Source: Hormiphora californensis (taxonomy: Eukaryota; Animalia; Ctenophora). From it: a stretch of DNA of 64,000 nt. The notes under the pieces are model-generated. The model saw only the letters and a program-made list of their open reading frames with translations. It made no database searches and had not been told where the DNA came from. Of the stretch, positions 26,201 to 59,214 are shown one piece after another (position 1 is the stretch's first letter; each line of letters starts with the position of its first letter). The translations under genes and the position numbers were made by a program. Where the stretch lies: positions 1,798,001 to 1,862,000 of the forward strand of contig CM035351.1 in NCBI GenBank assembly GCA_020137815.1. The letters run 5' to 3'.

Positions 26201-28162
26201 GGCATCCTTGAACGATGGTTGTTCTGTTTCCAATACCTCTCCCTCTAGGCGCTGCTTCTCTATCCCCAGTCGGAGGACCCCCAGCCCTCCCAGTTTAACA
26301 ACTCGGGTGCTGATGTCAATAAAACAGTTGTGTAGAACAGGGAACCCGTGCACTATGCGGCGCGTGTGAAGTGCCAACAACCCACTAGCTATTTGATGGG
26401 ACATTGACAGGAGGCGAATACAGTCAAATTGTCCTGAGTTCTCTCTCAGATAATCGTACAAAGGTACTCCATAATTCTCAGTTAGCACGCTGGTCCTCGC
26501 CCCATAACTATCCTGGCACAGTCCAAAGAGCCGCACTAAGTTCTCGTGAATGGGCTCAGTTGCACACATGCTTCTAACAAGGGCTATAATGGCCGATACC
26601 CGGGAGTTAGCTGCTCCGTGCCAGAACAAATTAGGCAGCTCCTCAAGTCTCACATCGTGTTTTGTGTCAGTTAGAGAGTAGTAGAAGGTACCCTCCCTAA
26701 CCTGCTGGTCCAGAGACTTCCTCTCCTGAACACACGACACAGGGAACAAAACAGAGTCAGGGACTGAGATATCTGCAACCATTGATGTAGTTATGAAGGT
26801 ATGTAGCCTCTTTCCCTCCACAGAGAAATGATCTATCAGCTCGTACGGTGTGGTAAACTTCTTGCCCCTGAACTTGGTAGTCCTATAGGATGCTGGTTTA
26901 CCAAACCCTACCTCTTGGGAGAAAGTGATAGTGATCTGGCACACCTCCCCGTTCATACAGTAACTCAGTTGCAGCTCCCCGTTAGTGTGCTGCACATCAC
27001 ACGGCTTGGGAGGGGCCTCAAACGTGTGGAGAATGTACCAGCCGTCCTGTGTCCCATACCGCCGGAGTATTGTCCTGGTATCCTGGCGAGTTAGTTTGTA
27101 GTGGATCGGTGGCATTTCTAGGATCAGAGGACATGATTTCTTGTGGAGGGTCCGACACCGACCATCGTTAAACACCACCTCCGCAGCACAAGGATCTCGC
27201 CGACACACTGGGTATTGGAGATTAGCGTAGTAGAACAAGAGAACGACAAAGTTTCTCCAACTAGCAGATTTGTCGAAGTCACTAGATGCGCTCCCAGCCA
27301 CACAACTAAACATGATACCATACCGACCATTTTGGGTGATCACATCGACCCTGTGTTCTTCCTCGTATGCGTTTATTGACAGTTTAGGATCACTGAACTC
27401 GGCATAGTACAGCTCTTTCCGCTGTGATTTAGTTCTGTTTATGTTACCGTTATTGTTACCCTCGTTAAGAACGATCTCCAACTTATCCTTGAAAATAGTG
27501 ATGGTAGCCTCGCTAAGCCCCTGGTTTTTCATGATATCCACACACTCATACCACACTCCCTTACTGTTCTTCCGGTTAGACTGGTGATGGTTATCTACTG
27601 TTGTTAGGTAGTGCTCCATACATGCAAACTCTGTCTTTATAGATTTCAGGTTCTTCACTGCCTCCGAGACTGCCATTTTGGTGTCCTTAGCTTCAACCGA
27701 TAATAACGGTTCCTCGGTGAAGTCTTTATAGTTCTTGACAAACTTGTGCGGTTTGTGGCAGGTCAAATCTCCAAAAACAAGTGCTAGAATATAAACCTCC
27801 ATGGCGCAAAGCTGGGTCAGGAGAGGAGCGCCATAGGATGTTTTATTGTCCCTTACGTCCCTCTTATACTGATGGTACACATAGTTGAAACATTCATTGT
27901 CCGTGTAGTAAAGAGAATCCTTGTCTGTGTGGTAGTCTACATACCGATAGAAAATAGTTTGAGAGCCCCACTCATTAGAAATTGCCTTGTCTGATGGTAT
28001 AAAATAATTCCCGTTCTGATAGAGAAGAAATCCCTTGCGAGCAAAGTTACTGATCTGTCTGCTTTCGGCACATTCACGTAGGATATGGTTAACGGAAGAA
28101 TCAGGATCAAAGTATAGTGGCTCCCCGAAGTAAAAGTCAACTCTTACGTTTTTCTCTTCCAT
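23300..28162 (-). CDS. JAK: Janus kinase-like protein: N-terminal FERM-sized region, SH2-like domain, pseudokinase, tyrosine kinase (~1153 aa, 10 exons)
   Basis: Exons 28162-26112, 25937-25736, 25580-25455, 25292-25059, 24902-24662, 24423-24329, 24166-24017, 23948-23799, 23676-23554, 23389-23300 total 3462 nt in frame. SH2-like DGWYILH..LSYC. Pseudokinase [26 protein letters not shown]. Kinase [23 protein letters not shown], activation loop KQYYK, WYPPE, DVWSYG. Confidence 0.85.
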
Positions 28163-29117
28163 CTTTCAAAAGTGCAGACATTAATTTAACCTTACAGCTT
28201 GCTGAAGAAGTGTATTAAACAATAAATAGACACGGATTAAAAATGATATAATACACCGGCTAAATGGCTAGTAGTGACTAACGACTGCCGTTTCTGACTC
28301 CAGTCTCCGGACTGGCGCCAGCCGCATACTTTTAATGAGCTCGGGCCTGCTGCACCGTTTGATCGCTTATTAAAAGTAAGAGCCAAACAACATATGAGCA
28401 TCATTCAGGGCATGACGAAATGGAAGGGAACACCAGAAAAAAACTTTTCTGTTTAGTTTTTTCGTTTTTCAACTCAGTTTCGAAATTTTGCGTGCAGCTA
28501 CAGATTTTACGCGCGCGGCCGCCGCCTCGCTTACACTGATTTTATCGCGTGTAACGTTAACAGCATTGTAAACGCGATTATTTTCAGATAAAAAGTTTTA
28601 CGTTTTAAAGCTTGTTCCAACAAAAGTTCCACGCGTTTTTGTTCTCGCTGGACGCAGAAGCCAGAAACAGAGACCAGGCTGCTGGCAGGAGACTTAGAAC
28701 TGGTGACCAAAACTGACACAAATGCCATTTAGTGCATTGAAAAGCGCTGCCTTATCGGGGGGCAGCAACGTTTGCCAATTTAGTGCAGTGAAATGATTCA
28801 TTAATCTCAAAAATCTTGTTTAATGTTTTAATTTATTTCCTAATCTCCATTTTAATAGACAATTTGTGCGTTGTCAGTTGTGGCCCTGTGCTTTTGCCTT
28901 TTAGGTGATCATTCCAAATATTGAAGAATGTACCGTTGTTCACTCAAAAAGTGCTGTAGGGTCTGTAGCACATGCCAAGTTGCTCAATTACAAGTCTGGC
29001 CTTTAGTGAATAGTGACTCGAGTCTAAATAAATGGCAATTTAAAATATCAGTAATTACAACCTGTATCCGAATATCGCAGTTTTTGAAAATGATATTGTC
29101 CACCCTGCACCCATTAA

Positions 29118-30507
29118 GGGTACGCTAACCAAAAATTTTTTTCGAGTGCAGGGAAATCTCTCACCGTAGGGTTGTAGGCCATGCCAAGGAGACCTCAAAT
29201 ATGCAATTTTAGCTCTCAAGGCGAATTCATATTTTTGCTACAGCTGCTTGAAAAATGAACTGAAAACAAGTTTTTGGCATCTTAAAAAATTTTTTTTAAA
29301 GATGGAAGCATGAAAATTTGGGGATTTGAAGAGGACATGAAGGGGAATAACCACAAAAACTTTTTTTTCAATCCGAGCTGATTTCCGGTCCTGAGATGGA
29401 TTTCTTTTTTTCCACTTTAACGCCCTATTTGGCAAAGTTCCGAAAATATGTGAAAGCTGTAAATTGGTGAAAAGTTGCGTCTAACGATTATCTAAGTGGC
29501 CATAAATTTTGGGCGTGTCCTTATTTGAAATAAGATGTACAGAGTTTTTTTTGTGAAAGCCGTCATTTCAGAAATAAATAAATTCCCTGTATCTCAAAAA
29601 CGGCTGATCGTAGAGACCTGAGACTATGCTCAAACGATTCAGAAGGTCCGATTTTGGGGGGGTCTTCTGAGAGACATTTTGCTCCTACTTCAACCGTTTT
29701 TGCTGTAATTGCGAAAAACAAATTCTATGGAAAGGGCAAAAGCTAAACTCCAATATCCTGTAATTAGGGAATTTTGGCTAAGAAAGGACCGAAACTATGG
29801 AAAAATGTGTAACAAGCTAATTCCTTCATTATTTGGTCCATATGGGTCCCTATAATCATCAAAAACAAAATCACAAAAAATCCACGATGGCGAAGATGGG
29901 TTTTTGTTTTTCGCAATTACAGCAAAAACGGTTGAAGTAGGAGCAAAATGTCTCTCAGAAGACCCCCCCAAAATCGGACCTTCTGAATCGTTTAAGCATA
30001 GTCTCAGGTCTCTACGATCAGCCGTTTTTGAGATACAGGGAATTTATTTATTTCTGAAATGACGGCTTTCACAAAAAAAACTCTGTACATCTTATTTCAA
30101 ATAAGGACACGCCCAAAATTTATGGCCACTTAGATAATCGTTAGACGCAACTTTTCACCAATTTACAGCTTTCACATATTTTCGGAACTTTGCCAAATAG
30201 GGCGTTAAAGTGGAAAAAAAGAAATCCATTTCAGGACCGGAAATCAGCTCGGATTGCAAAAAATTTTTTTGTGGTTATTCCCCTTTATGTTCTCTTCAAA
30301 TCCCCAAATTTTCATGCTTCTATCTTTTAAAAAAAATTTTTAAGATGCCAAAAACTTATTTTCAGTTAATTTTTCAAGCAGCTGTAGCAAAAATATGAAT
30401 TCGGCTTGAGAGCTCAAATTGCATATTTGAGGTCTCCTTGGCATGGCCTACAACCCTACGGTGAGAGATTTCCCTGCACTCGAAAAAAAATTTTGGTTAG
30501 CGTACCC
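29118..30507. mobile_element. 1.39-kb palindromic MITE with TTAA TSD and GG termini (Kolobok-type)
   Basis: ttaa|gggtacgctaaccaaaa...ttttggttagcgtaccc|ttaa. Arms of ~600 bp, spacer of ~180 bp. Confidence 0.85.
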
Positions 30508-30519
30508 TTAACAAGTAAC

Positions 30520-30710
30520 AGGTTCATCTTCCTCTCAAAGCAAAGCAGCTGCAGAGTTCAGAGAAGTTTTCATCCGTTTTTCTCTCTCCCGACCTATCAC
30601 CAGACGAACAGCGAGAGCGGAAATCTCTTGTTGATACTCTGAAAGAACTAAAACGAGATAATCCGAATGGACGTTATTGGATTAGTAAGGGGGTCATTAA
30701 ATGTGGCTAA
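30520..30710 (+). pseudogene. C-terminal fragment of a non-LTR retrotransposon ORF1-like protein
   Basis: Translates to KAKQLQSSEKFSSVFLSPDLSPDEQRERKSLVDTLKELKRDNPNGRYWISKGVI*, matching the VF(I/L)SPDL(S/T)..ER...L..ELK pattern of CR1/L2-type ORF1p. No start codon. Confidence 0.6.
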
Positions 30711-31808
30711 GTGAACTCTAACCATTGAATTTTAAATCGAAAGGACTATCCAAATTGCCCACAAAAAGGGGCGTATATGTTGATTATAATAATGCAATGT
30801 ATACATTTTTAGATTTAATAATAATAATAAATCCTCTCATTAAAGCAGCAACATCCGCCCCTCTCTGTACGTGGCCTCTGATTTGCTTGGCAACCATCCG
30901 GTTAGCCCCTCCTACTGTACAAGAGGTGTCCCGGATAATCGGTCGATCGGTGTGCAACGAGTGGTCGTGCGTACAGCTTGCATGCCTGATTAGGTGCTCC
31001 CTCTCCCTCTACATCTCTAGTCTATCTCTCTCTCTCTGACTCTCTCTCTTCACTCAGCATCATACTCTCTCTTTTCTAGTTGGGATGTCTGCGGTGGTAA
31101 TTGTTCGTAGACGCATAGCTTGCTTCACTAATAGGAACCTAATCCCTGTTTGCTTGCCTATAACTCGCTCTATTGTCTGCCCAATTATACACGCAAGAGA
31201 GCTGTGAATTCTCTCATATTTCACATCCCTCTCTCTTGTGCTCTCTCTTATTATTGATGCACCAGTGACAAGCTCTCTCTCTCTATGCGGGGGTAAAACA
31301 TTGCTCAACTTTATCCCGTTAACGGCGACACCCAGTCTGTCCTGGGTTCCCTGTTATCCTGTTACTTGGCTTGCATCCCCCCATTCCCAGGATATATACC
31401 CCAGGGCTCACTTTTTGTAGTAGTCAGTACCACTGTAATAACCCTATCATGGGAGCAGTTCCTACTTTGTGTTCTCTCGTACGTGCCTGATCTCCTTGGC
31501 CTATCATGCTGCAGGCCCTGAAAGAAGCCGTGGGAAACGTGCACACTAGGGGTATGCAGCGCATGCCAACTGATCTCCTTGTTCGTTCTTTTTTTTGCTT
31601 TTATCCCCCCCCCCCTCTTTTATCTAAGCTGCCTTTATGCATAGTGTACCTTAAGATTATCCAAATAATATATATCTGATCTGTGTATTGTTTAGCTACC
31701 CGAGACTGGAGGGTATTTATAATACATATCCAGCTCGCACTCAAATGTGTTCACACCTCTATATTTATGCCTCCACCATCTCTCTCCCCTCCAGACTGTT
31801 TATGTGCC

Positions 31809-52529
<20,721 letters not shown>

Positions 52530-53315
52530 TGAGGAGGGAGGATGAGAGAGGGTTATCTCTAGGAGGTTTTTAACCATGTGTCGTACGTTGACAATGAGTC
52601 GGTGCTGGCCAAGCTAAACCCACCCACCATAAGACACTGAAATTGTTTGATACGGATTGTTATGTATGTTTTGTTTCTTTTTTTGCAATTGACCACACCC
52701 CATTTTGAGTAGGAATTGTTGGAGAGGGAAAGAGTGAAAGACTATTATTATATTTATAGGGAGGAACTGACCTTAGACGGTAGAGAAAGATGACAGATAT
52801 GATCATCACAATGAATTTATACACCTGTACAGTTTTTAATGAACAGGGAACTTGATTTTTTATGATTTAAAAAGCTTAGTTTGGATGATAATCAATAGCT
52901 TTTACTTAAAACTCTTGATAGGAATTTTAGCCAACTTGGCTTAGCTTGGTGTGTTATACCCGCTGAATTCAGGGTCGCTTTTAAATCTTTTGAAGGCTTA
53001 AACAGTGTCTCTTTGACTTAGCTAGGCAGCATGACAGAATGTTTGGGTATTTTTTAGAGCGTGATAGGAAGAATTATAGCTAGAACTGAGTGACTAAAGT
53101 AGTGCAACATTAGATTCATATTAATGTCTAAATGTGACAGGTTAGGACTGAAATGTAGAATTTTCTTTTATTTCTGTAAATTATGGACCCATCTATGTTA
53201 TATGTAAATACATTATATTTTCTCTCTGTGTGAGAAGATTCCCTAATAGCAGCCTCACCCAATTTCCATATAAGTTATTTGTTTCCTGTCCACTGCGAAT
53301 TAACGTGTTTTAATC

Positions 53316-53549
53316 TTTGTTCAAAATCCTGACTTAGCATTCATTTCGGGCCATGTGTGGATAGGAGTCGTACAAATTGATTTGGGTCTTGGCGTATTAC
53401 GGCTTGCTGATCAAGGCAAGACCCAAATCAATTTGTCGAAACCCCGTTGATTGACCCGCCCAGAATCCGGATTGTTACTGTCTGGCGGCGCCAGACCCCC
53501 ATTTGCGCTCAGATGGGGTCGCGGCGCCAGACAGGATTCTTGAACAAAC
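53316..53549. mobile_element. Small degenerate MITE with an internal 20-bp perfect hairpin
   Basis: Ends tttgttcaaaatcctgact / agacaggattcttgaacaaa. Internal acaaattgatttgggtcttg (53372-53391) pairs with caagacccaaatcaatttgt (53417-53436). Confidence 0.55.
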
Positions 53550-53725
53550 TGAAAAGTATCATATGTTGTGGCTAATAAAGAAGGTCAATACGTGCATGCA
53601 GCAGCAAGTACACCAGCAACACAATCACAGCAAAATAGTGTAGCACACATCATAAACACACACAGTTGTTCAACAACACACAGCTCTATAATATTGATCA
53701 TAACATTTCCCAAATCGTCTCTATC

Positions 53726-56700
53726 TCATTGAACCTGATCCTCCAAGGCGTCAGGTATCTGCATATCATTAATAAACAGATTGTGTATAATCCCCTCTCG
53801 TCGTTTCCCTGATGTCACTGCCCGTATTACTGCAGGTTGACCGTCAATACTAAAATGGGTCTCTGTTCCCTGGTCTGTGAACTCTCCCATTACATCAAGC
53901 TTGACACCATCCAACCACACGTCCAAACTATCACGCTCTGAAGGGGGTGGAGGGTTAGATATCTCTTACTGAGTGTTATCTATCAGAAGTGAAGATGAAA
54001 TGGAACAAGCTGCATGTAATTAGCAGCCGGTGAAAATAGCGTGTGGTAATGTGGTGTTGCGTGCGTTAAAATGTGCGATGTGCGCGGGATACTGACTGCT
54101 GAAAAACGTGCTTTTATCATTGGAGTATTTCAGCGCGCGACGCGCACACAAACTAATCATTACTTGCAGCTTGTTGCGGGAGACAGAGAGACTGTGAGAG
54201 TGGAAGTGAAGTGGAACTGTGAGCGGGACTTGTAAAAGATAAAAGAACTCGCTTTTTAAAACTCGTAAATTATTCTGTTTACAAAAACTTGACACGCCTT
54301 TCTTAAAGTTTAAACAACTTCAGTCTGACATGTTAGTTCTGCAACAGTGTATCTGCAGTAGGTAAAGATATTGAGAGCGTCTTATACCAGGCTACCTAGC
54401 AATCACATTATTAAAGTTCACCACCTTACCACCATCACTCTCAGAAGACTCTCAGAAAGAGATCCAAAAGCGAGGCCGGACCGCCATCACATCATACAAC
54501 ACAAACACCTCCGGATTGTGGACATTGTTAACACAGCTCTGCAACCTCACCCCTCTCTCTGATACCGGGGGCTGGGTGTCTGTAGGTTTACCTCTTCCAT
54601 ACTTCCCCACCACGCACTCAACAGCCACCACAGCCCTTGTGTTGCAACCAAAATACATGGCATATTCCTCAGAAACAGCTAGGTGGATTCCAGTTCCATA
54701 CTTCTTCATAGCAGTAGGGGTATCAGCTGGTGTCAGCCCGTGCTGGGATAATCCTTCAGGGGTCATGGTCTCAGTGACGGGGTGGAACAGGAATATCGTT
54801 TTGGTTGACTTGTTCCTTTTACTAAACTGTGTCTCCAGAAGATTAGAACAGATCGTCTTAACAGAGATGGGGGTGTTCATCTTCATCATCCCTCTCACTG
54901 TCTCCCACTCCGCCTCCACAGAGTCTCGGACTAGTGTGTAGTACTGGTGGGTGGTCTTGTCATGTCCGACAACCAGACCAACACACTGGGGGACAGTCCG
55001 GTAAATGGGTCGCCTGCTTATCCGCCTGACAGTCGAACATCCCAGCTCCTTCATCTGCATACCCCCGAAGAACAAAGTGAAGTCTGAGTCTGAGATCCTG
55101 AAATTCAGCTGACTGTCTCCCCTCAGGTAGGTCTGCTCAATGACATGACTGGGCAGCTCCAACTGTGGAGAGTGTTTACCCTGGGTCACACAAGAAGGGA
55201 ACTCGTGCCAGATGTTGTTGTTCTCTTCCCAGTGCCAGTGGTAGGATGTAGCTAGGGACCCCACAAACTGGGTACCATGTTCCGGTGGTGTGCTGAGCCG
55301 CCTGATCCTGTGGCCACCCTCCATCATAGTCATTGTGGGGAAATCAATTACTGCTATCACATCACTAATCCTGATCTCTACAGTGCAGATGACAGGGTTA
55401 GCGTAGGCTCTCTCTAGGATTAGTATACTGTCAATATCCCAACTCTCCCACACTCCATCGCTCTCGTACTGCCACCAAAATGGCAGGGTAACATGGTGTA
55501 ATGGACACGTCCCTCCCTTGGCACATTTACCCACCAAGTTCCACACACAGATATCCACTTCCTGGTTGTGTATCCTGCTATCTGCCTGTAGCATCTCAAT
55601 TGCAAGTGCGGTAACAGATGTTTCGTGGTTTATCACGCTTACAATCGATCCTGAGTCGAGGGGTATCCCGCTGCACGTCTGGACTATCTTGGAGTTATGC
55701 TCTGATTCAAAGTTGTGTGAGCGAGGACAGCTATCTCCCTTCTGGCACTGTCCAGCCACGAACTTGTCACACAGGTGGAAGAACAGGCAGGGTCTGTGGC
55801 ACCCTCCCTCACTGTTGTAGTATCTGCAGACGTTTGGGAAGTTCAGGTTGTCCGGTAGGCACTTCTCAAACAAGACAGGTGTCTGGGGCCGGATAATAAA
55901 CCGGGTATGTTTTAGGAGGCGCTTCAGCTGCTGATTAGAGAGATCAGCTAACATGGGGAATTTCTTGTACACAGCCCTGTTATCTGGATTCTTGGTGGGG
56001 TCCCGGGTGCACATTTTACATGTGGCAACCTTCCTGGGCCAGTGGGAACATACGTGGTATCCCCCACATTTACACGTGTTCTCCCTACACACCAGAAAGG
56101 GAACAGACAACTTCACTGTCTCCTTCTCCCCCTTTATCATTGAACATGATGTTGAGATGTACCCAGAGGGACCACCTGCAGCAGCGACCTCCCTGAAGTA
56201 AGCCCTATTCTGGGTGTATGCCGTGGTGAAGAGAGGTTGGAGCTGGTGGGTTCCTCCTCGATCCAATAGACTGATCACTAGATCTCGTTCCAAGCTGCAC
56301 ATGATGATTCACAACGAAAGAAGGGCACGAGAGAACTGTGTGGTGTCTCTCAGTTGCATGCGTGCTGCTTGATTCAAAGTGTGGGCCAGTGCACGCAAAG
56401 CGTCATTAAACAGTAGCAGAAAGAGATCAGAGAGAGATTATTAGCACACGCACTAAGAGAGGGGGTGTGTTGAGAATGAGAAGTGAGAGAGAACTGAAGG
56501 ATAATTATCCTATATATCATACTGTGCCGGTTGTCATGGTAACTGAGAGGGCCTTAGATTTCATTACTGTCACATGAGAATGAGCTACTACTGTGAGCAT
56601 GTTCCTCTAACACACCTCAGTGACACAGGTGTTACAGAGAGGGGGTGTCATGTGTAACAGGTGTTACAGAGAGGGGGTGTCGTGTGTAACAGGTGCATGT

Positions 56701-57059
56701 GTGACAAATCCCATGATACAGCAATGCGTGTGTAAAAAGAGTATTGGATTTCATTAAATATTTCAATAAACTAGTAAATTTTATCATAACTCACGACCCT
56801 GGTTGCTATGCAACAACATTGATAAATGCGGATTGGACTCAATGGAGAAACAGTGACACAAACCAATTATGATTAATCCTTGCCACGTACCTAAAACAAC
56901 TCGATGAGGTTTTCCATTTAGTTTTGGTAGCCATGTCCTGCAAGCTTTCTTTCTGTTTTCAACAAACCTCTTCAAACTCTTCCCATCTACCTCCAATATG
57001 TAGGTGTAACTGAAAGAGAGAGAGAGGGATTATAAAGGGAATGGAGTAGTCCAGACAAG

Positions 57060-57097
<38 letters not shown>

Positions 57098-57860
57098 AGC
57101 TAGAGGGATTATAGAGTTAGAGAGGGATGGAGAAAGGTTATAGAGTTAGGGATTGAGATGACGTGAATGGGGGAGAGAGACGAGACATAGAGCGAGACAA
57201 GCATACCTAGTGAGTACTGCGATATAATCGAGATTGTAACAAGCACATTACCCGATATCAAGCAGAAGATATTTATCGTTTCTCACAAGTACGAGATATG
57301 ATATTATATATCAAGGAAGGGTCCACGATAAATATCTCAATACAAAGCAAAATAAGAAATAATATGAAACTTACTTTAGCCCATTAGCCTCAATAATAAC
57401 ACATGCTCTGTGTTTTCCTATCAGGAAAGATTCCTTGCCCACCAGTTTAAATTGCCATCCTGTGTTCCTGACCTCTTTCCCGTCCACCAAAACAACCCTT
57501 CTCCCACTTGTAGTACCGTGCTGGAATCTGAAGAACGGGAGAATTGCTAGGGTTTTGTAGGGCACTGACTGTGACATCGTATTCGCACCGGGCCTTCAGT
57601 GCGGATAGGACAGTCTTATATGAGACAACTAGGGTTGCTGACTCTCTAATCAAGCAATGGGTCTATAATTGTAGGGGTTGCTAGGTGACGAAAACAAGCC
57701 GAAATCTAATAGGGTTAGGTATAATACAGCTATCATGGAACAAGTGTTAGAATAATTAAGTCAAACAGCAATTATCTAACCTCACAGTATGTTTCCCGTC
57801 TGGCAGGCTGAGATCCCATTGGGCAACATCGTCATATCCCTCTGGGTCATTGGCAATCAT
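53726..57860 (-). CDS. FAIM: Fas apoptotic inhibitory molecule (~187 aa, 4 exons)
   Basis: Exons 57860-57781, 57527-57375, 57009-56891, 53937-53726 total 564 nt: VAQWDLSLPDGKHTVRFQHGTTSGRRVVLVDGKE..WQFKLVGKESF..GEFTDQGTETHFSI..SGKRREGIIH, the FAIM1 signature. Confidence 0.95.
54452..56302 (-). CDS. Intronless CCCH-zinc finger/WWE/PARP-domain protein (PARP12/ZC3HAV1-like, 616 aa) nested in FAIM intron 3
   Basis: CCCH fingers CRYYNSEGGCHRPCLFFH, CDKFVAGQCQKGDSCPRSH, CVWNLVGKCAKGGTCPLHH. WWE motifs PFWWQYESDGVWESW and WHWEENNNIWHEF. PARP-like C-terminus FLFHP..KYGTGIHLA..SCVNNVHNPEVFVLYD. Confidence 0.9.
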   Translation of the reverse strand: MCSLERDLVISLLDRGGTHQLQPLFTTAYTQNRAYFREVAAAGGPSGYISTSCSMIKGEKETVKLSVPFLVCRENTCKCGGYHVCSHWPRKVATCKMCTRDPTKNPDNRAVYKKFPMLADLSNQQLKRLLKHTRFIIRPQTPVLFEKCLPDNLNFPNVCRYYNSEGGCHRPCLFFHLCDKFVAGQCQKGDSCPRSHNFESEHNSKIVQTCSGIPLDSGSIVSVINHETSVTALAIEMLQADSRIHNQEVDICVWNLVGKCAKGGTCPLHHVTLPFWWQYESDGVWESWDIDSILILERAYANPVICTVEIRISDVIAVIDFPTMTMMEGGHRIRRLSTPPEHGTQFVGSLATSYHWHWEENNNIWHEFPSCVTQGKHSPQLELPSHVIEQTYLRGDSQLNFRISDSDFTLFFGGMQMKELGCSTVRRISRRPIYRTVPQCVGLVVGHDKTTHQYYTLVRDSVEAEWETVRGMMKMNTPISVKTICSNLLETQFSKRNKSTKTIFLFHPVTETMTPEGLSQHGLTPADTPTAMKKYGTGIHLAVSEEYAMYFGCNTRAVVAVECVVGKYGRGKPTDTQPPVSERGVRLQSCVNNVHNPEVFVLYDVMAVRPRFWISF

Positions 57861-59214
57861 CCTATCACATTGGGTCCCTCTAACTAGATCCTACTATAGA
57901 GTGTGAAAGTTGTTATATTGATATTGGAAATTTGAATTATAACCCGAAAGGAACTATGAAAACAAAATAGATTTCAATCTCTTACAGAACAATGGTCTGT
58001 GAAGTATGCCATTTCATCTGTTTAATGTTTACTGACATTCGTTATTCGTACAACAATGTATCCTGTGGTCTCTAATGGGTCTTAGACTCTAAGACCGGGG
58101 TAATTTGGACATGCTGCACGTCTCTCGCCGGCTAGTTAAGCTATGATAATGATGTCATATTCCAGCGGAGACCTTGGATGAAAGCTGATTATATTCACTT
58201 GCAGATGGCTGGGGCAGTGGGACAATTTGCACTTTGATAAACTTGTGATCAATCGCAGTACAACTAGAAAGTAGAATGCCAGGTGATAATATTCGGGGTA
58301 ATTTGGTTATGTGGTATTCTAGCGGTGATGCAATTAGCACACAGGGTGTCCCGTCCTCACATCATATGTTAGCTTCTCACAGATTTCATATCTCGGAGCT
58401 CCCTTAGTTTGGTAATTGGTTGTTGTTTTGGTTGTTTTGGGTACATCCAGGCACGGGGGAACCGGCGGAGTTTAAACCTTTTCGTAAATTTCATATAAAA
58501 ATTTTGAACCTGACAGACTTGATGAAACTTGAAAATGCTTCAGCTCGAATTTTAAAAACGCCAATCTGGAGATATGAAAAACTCAAACAGGTTTGCAAAA
58601 ATATGGAAAAATCTGGTAGGTACGGAGCAAAGTCCTTTTTATTCAATTATTCACCCCCCCCCCTCACGGCTCAACAGGGGTAATATAATCATTTATATAT
58701 ACCACTTTATAGTGTAAAATAATGGAGCACGCACCAACAGCCTACGCTTGACATACTCGCTCACTTTCAAAAGTGGTAAAGGGGTGGCGGAATGATTTTC
58801 TCTAGGGCGTCTGATCAAAATTTTTGGTGACGATCACGGACCTAGAACATTGAATTCCTAATTGGGCGGAGCGAAAGCGGAGCCCGGGAATATTTTGATA
58901 TTTTAAGCAAAAAAGTAAAGGTTTCCGAGTGCTTTTTGGTCAAAATCTCAGCCCCCTAGCCCCCAATCCGAATCTCAGAGGGAGCCTTGGGCGCGGGAGA
59001 GAGGGTCGAACAAGGCAAGGCGAGCCACCCCCGAGGCTCAGTCCCTCTTGAGTCATGGCGAGCCACAAATCGCAAAATAACCTGTGTCAGTGCAGTATAT
59101 ATGCAAAATAACCAAGTTTGGGACATTTTTAAATCTTAAAAACCTTGCTTTGGATTTATTTTTTTTCGATTTATGAAATCAAATTTTCTTAATCGCCAGT
59201 ATGTATCATTAAAT

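Noticed and set aside
53372-53436. Pre-miRNA-like hairpin
   Set aside because: It lies inside a degenerate MITE and there is no expression evidence. The small hairpin at 21730-21778 is likewise unsupported.
56302-56891. In-frame FAIM-PARP fusion protein
   Set aside because: FAIM exon 3 ends in phase 1, while the acceptor at 56335 is phase 0 relative to the PARP ORF.
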